NCBI GenBank assembly: GCA_964252035.1
Contig: OZ176208.1
Direction: 5' to 3' (one strand)
Source of the DNA: Podarcis erhardii
Taxonomy: Eukaryota
Length of the DNA stretch: 64,000 nt
Every line of letters begins with the position of its first letter. Position 1 is the first letter of the stretch. Positions 61,365-64,000 of this stretch are shown here, one piece after another. A program made the translations under genes and the position numbers. The notes below the pieces were generated by a model. That model ran no database searches. It saw only the letters and a program-made list of their open reading frames with translations, and had not been told where the DNA came from.

Positions 61365-62624
61365 CCCCCCTGCTTACTGCTTGTTTGGCTACCATGTCAA
61401 GTTCTCATTTCCTTTTCTCCATATCCACCTGCATTGGGTTGATTTGGCAACTTGGGCTGTTCCTTGTGATGCCTGGGAACAGTTTATCACTCTGCTAGAC
61501 TGAACTTTAAAAATATCTTTTTCCAGAGCTGAGCTGTTGAACTGTTGCAGCCTTGTGTGACACTACAGCTGCATGATCATGTAACAATCACCCAAAAGGC
61601 AAAAAGGTACAAACCAAGCAAGAAAGAAAAATGAGAACACATATAGACCACAATGGCAGACTCTAGTGCTGTAGCAAGATTTCTCCCATGTATATCCTTT
61701 TGCTTTGTGAATTGAGGTTTCATAACTTGAATCTCATTGCTTTCAAATTTTAAGTATGATATGAGCGCTGCCTAGGTATGCAACAGAATCAGCTGCAAGT
61801 TAAATTCACACTGAATAGAATAAGTAACAGCTAAAGATGTAGGAAAGGATAGTTGAGTATCTCAGCAAGCATAACTGCTGTTATTGCCACTCTTTCAGTG
61901 TAGAATCATTATTTTTTGCACTAATCAATTTTGGGGTGTATATAGCTACTTATGTAGCAAAAATGCTAATGAAGCCACATTTTGCTGTCTCTATATTGAC
62001 TTTACTTCAACAGAGTCCTGCTATTTAGTTTTATTGATTCTGACCATTTAAAACAACATCAGAAATTGATCCTGTTTCTCAGCTATTTTCCCTTTCTCCA
62101 AAGGAGGTCACCTAAGGACAAGAAGAAACTTCATTTTAAAGCTGAGGCTAAACTGAAAAGTGATCATCATTATTTTTCTGCAATTATAATTTCTAAACAG
62201 TGCATGGAAGGGTAGAGGATGAAAGAAGAGGTGAAGAGACTGTTGACCCGGTGTGCTGATACTAATGCTCTAAATAGTTGTTTCTGTTGCTGAAATATTC
62301 TCCTTTACTATATTACTAGAAGAGCAAAATGCATTGTATGAGGTGAGTGGCTGCGTTCAGACAACATAGTAAGAAATGATTTATTGTGAACAAGCAGTAG
62401 ACTAGTGCATCCTGCTGAATCACTCCTGTCTAGTGTGTTCCTCCTCTAACACAAGGTTTGTTTATGGCTACCTGGTCATGGTTTGTTTGAGAGAAACAAA
62501 TTACAACCACTGACTGGATTATAAAAGTTCCAGTTACAGATAGGTAGCCGTGTTGGTCTGCCATAGTCAAAACAAAAAAAATTCCTTCCAGTAGCACCTT
62601 AAAGACCAACTAAGTCAGTTCTTG

Positions 62625-62662
62625 GTATGAGCTTTCGTGTGCATGCACACTTCTTCAGATAC
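62625..62662 (-). ncRNA. Minimal type I hammerhead ribozyme motif
   Basis: GUAU-CUGAAGA-A-GUGUG(CAUG)CACAC-GAA-AGCU-C^AUAC: 4-bp stem I, CUGANGA core, 5-bp stem II, GAAA, palindromic AGCU in place of stem III. Confidence 0.7.
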
Positions 62663-62667
62663 GATAT

Positions 62668-62703
62668 TATCTGAAGAAGTGTGCATGCACACGAAAGCTC
62701 ATA
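62668..62703 (+). ncRNA. Minimal type I hammerhead ribozyme motif
   Basis: UAU-CUGAAGA-A-GUGUG(CAUG)CACAC-GAA-AGCU-C^AUA, predicted cleavage after 62700, only a 3-bp stem I. Confidence 0.65.
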
Positions 62704-64000
62704 CCAAGAACTGACTTAGTTGGTCTTTAAGGTGCTACTGGAAGGAATTTTTTTTGTTTTGGATTATAAAAGTAAGCATGGGTGGCTCACACTAGGATGG
62801 GAGTTCAGCAGGAACATTTTAGCTGTGTGTTTTAGCATGCTGTTCATTCACAGCCATGATTTATGGCATACTGTGTTGTCCAAAAATGACCACTGTTTTT
62901 AGACACTTACAGATCACAGAATGACCTCCCCTACTCCTCCTCTTGTACAGCTAAGTTCATGGTACATAATGGCTTACATTTTTTACTGGGTGGTTTTCTC
63001 AAGAACTTTGATGTAAAGTTTCACTAATATCGTGAAATGCATTTGTTTAATCCACTCTTTGTTAGATAAAAGTCTGATGGAGTCTGAAGACATTCTGAAA
63101 ATATGTAGTGTCAGTGTGGATGGAATGCCAAACTATAGTGTTACTGGAGCCAGCCACAGGCTCACAAGCTCCATCTTCCTCCCCATGCTGTCCTTTATTT
63201 TCTCTTTTGCGGCAAACCATTATTTGCTAGTGCAGCTGCACCAAGAAAAAATAATGTGCGGAGGTCATAATTAGCAAACCACAACTGTGATGAAAACCTG
63301 CCTTCCAATTCTCGTTTGCGCGTTAGGCTAGAGTTTGTACTGCTTGAATGTCATAGCAAACTCTGCCTTGTTGTGAAAGAGGAATGGAATTATAACATGC
63401 AGTGGAAGGAGGAACATAATCTTTAGGCAATTTCACATATTACACAGAGGGAAACCTGGGTTGTTTAGCTGGCATACCCTTTAGAGGAGCTGCAGCCAGT
63501 CATGGCTCCCTGCCATGGATACCTGTCTGTTTGTTGCGTTAAAATAACCTAGGTACATGTCTAAGAAAGGTAATTCATAAAATTACCCTTTCACATATTA
63601 CTAGTGTTCCCAGTGCCTACTTTTTGCCATTAAAACTACGAAATGTGTGTTTTTCTCTTGGGTGTATGGATCCCCATTCACTAAAAAATAGTGTATGCGC
63701 AATAAGGGCATTTCCAGGAGCATGAATACATTAGCATTTGAACATTGCTAATGTCTGATGATGTGACATGATCTGAGCAATGTGGGGAATTCAGAAGGCA
63801 AATAAGGATTTCTTGTGAATGGCCCTGAGGCAATAATTGAAAAAAGGGCAGTCTTCCTCCCCACCACTTTCAACACCTCTGTAATGGGTTCAGCCAGACT
63901 GTCAGTTTGTTCAATTACATACTGTGAAAATATTTTTAATAACTAGTCCAATCTTTGAAGTCAAAGCACTGGAACAATTTGAATGGAGCTTTCAGTACTC

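Larger units (their letters stand above)
60275..61370 (-). mobile_element. 1.1-kb polyadenylated non-autonomous retroposon with L1-like 5' end
   Basis: 17-bp TSD tgcttactgcttgtttg (60258-60274 / 61371-61387). Minus strand starts GGGGGGCCACTAGGTGGCGCATCGGAAGATGGCTG, has a CpG-rich 5' region, broken K/E-rich ORFs, AATAAA (60292-60297) and an A-tail. Confidence 0.8.
62529..62760. mobile_element. Penelope-like element-derived inverted-repeat insertion
   Basis: Perfect 93-bp arms 62569-62661 and 62668-62760 with a 6-bp spacer, extra PLE tail 62529-62568, 13-bp TSD ggattataaaagt (62516-62528 / 62761-62773). Confidence 0.88.

Noticed and set aside
60916-61503. 195-aa plus-strand ORF
   Set aside because: Antisense to the 1.1-kb retroposon and crosses its TSD, no homology recognised
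1-64000. CRISPR arrays, rRNA, true tRNA genes, operons
   Set aside because: Vertebrate intronic DNA. The tRNA-like A/B boxes all belong to SINE heads, and the recurring repeats are dispersed TEs, not spacer arrays.

Overview
Vertebrate (squamate, most likely lacertid lizard) genomic DNA that is almost entirely intronic. The organism call is inferred from Sauria/Squam SINEs and Bov-B. The only protein-coding exon I can support is a 131-nt + strand exon at 6386-6516 with two PGPG[A/T]Y SHIPPO repeats, most likely STPG2, followed by more than 57 kb with no recognisable further exon. The rest is a dense transposon record: 8 Tigger/pogo-like TA-flanked MITEs, at least 5 hAT MITEs with 8-bp TSDs, 6 Sauria SINEs, Squam2/Squam3-like SINEs, Bov-B, CR1, L1, L2 and Penelope-like fragments, a probable solo LTR, a U6 snRNA pseudogene and many microsatellites. 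Most notable: (i) a young Penelope-like insertion at 62.5-62.8 kb that is a perfect 93-bp-arm palindrome carrying one minimal hammerhead ribozyme motif on each strand; (ii) a TSD-bounded 1.1-kb polyadenylated retroposon whose 5' end is a consensus CTCF motif next to a YY1-type motif; (iii) a truncated U6 copy abutting a foldback element. Almost all ORFs in the supplied track are noise or TE remnants. Family names come from recall of consensus sequences, not from database searches.
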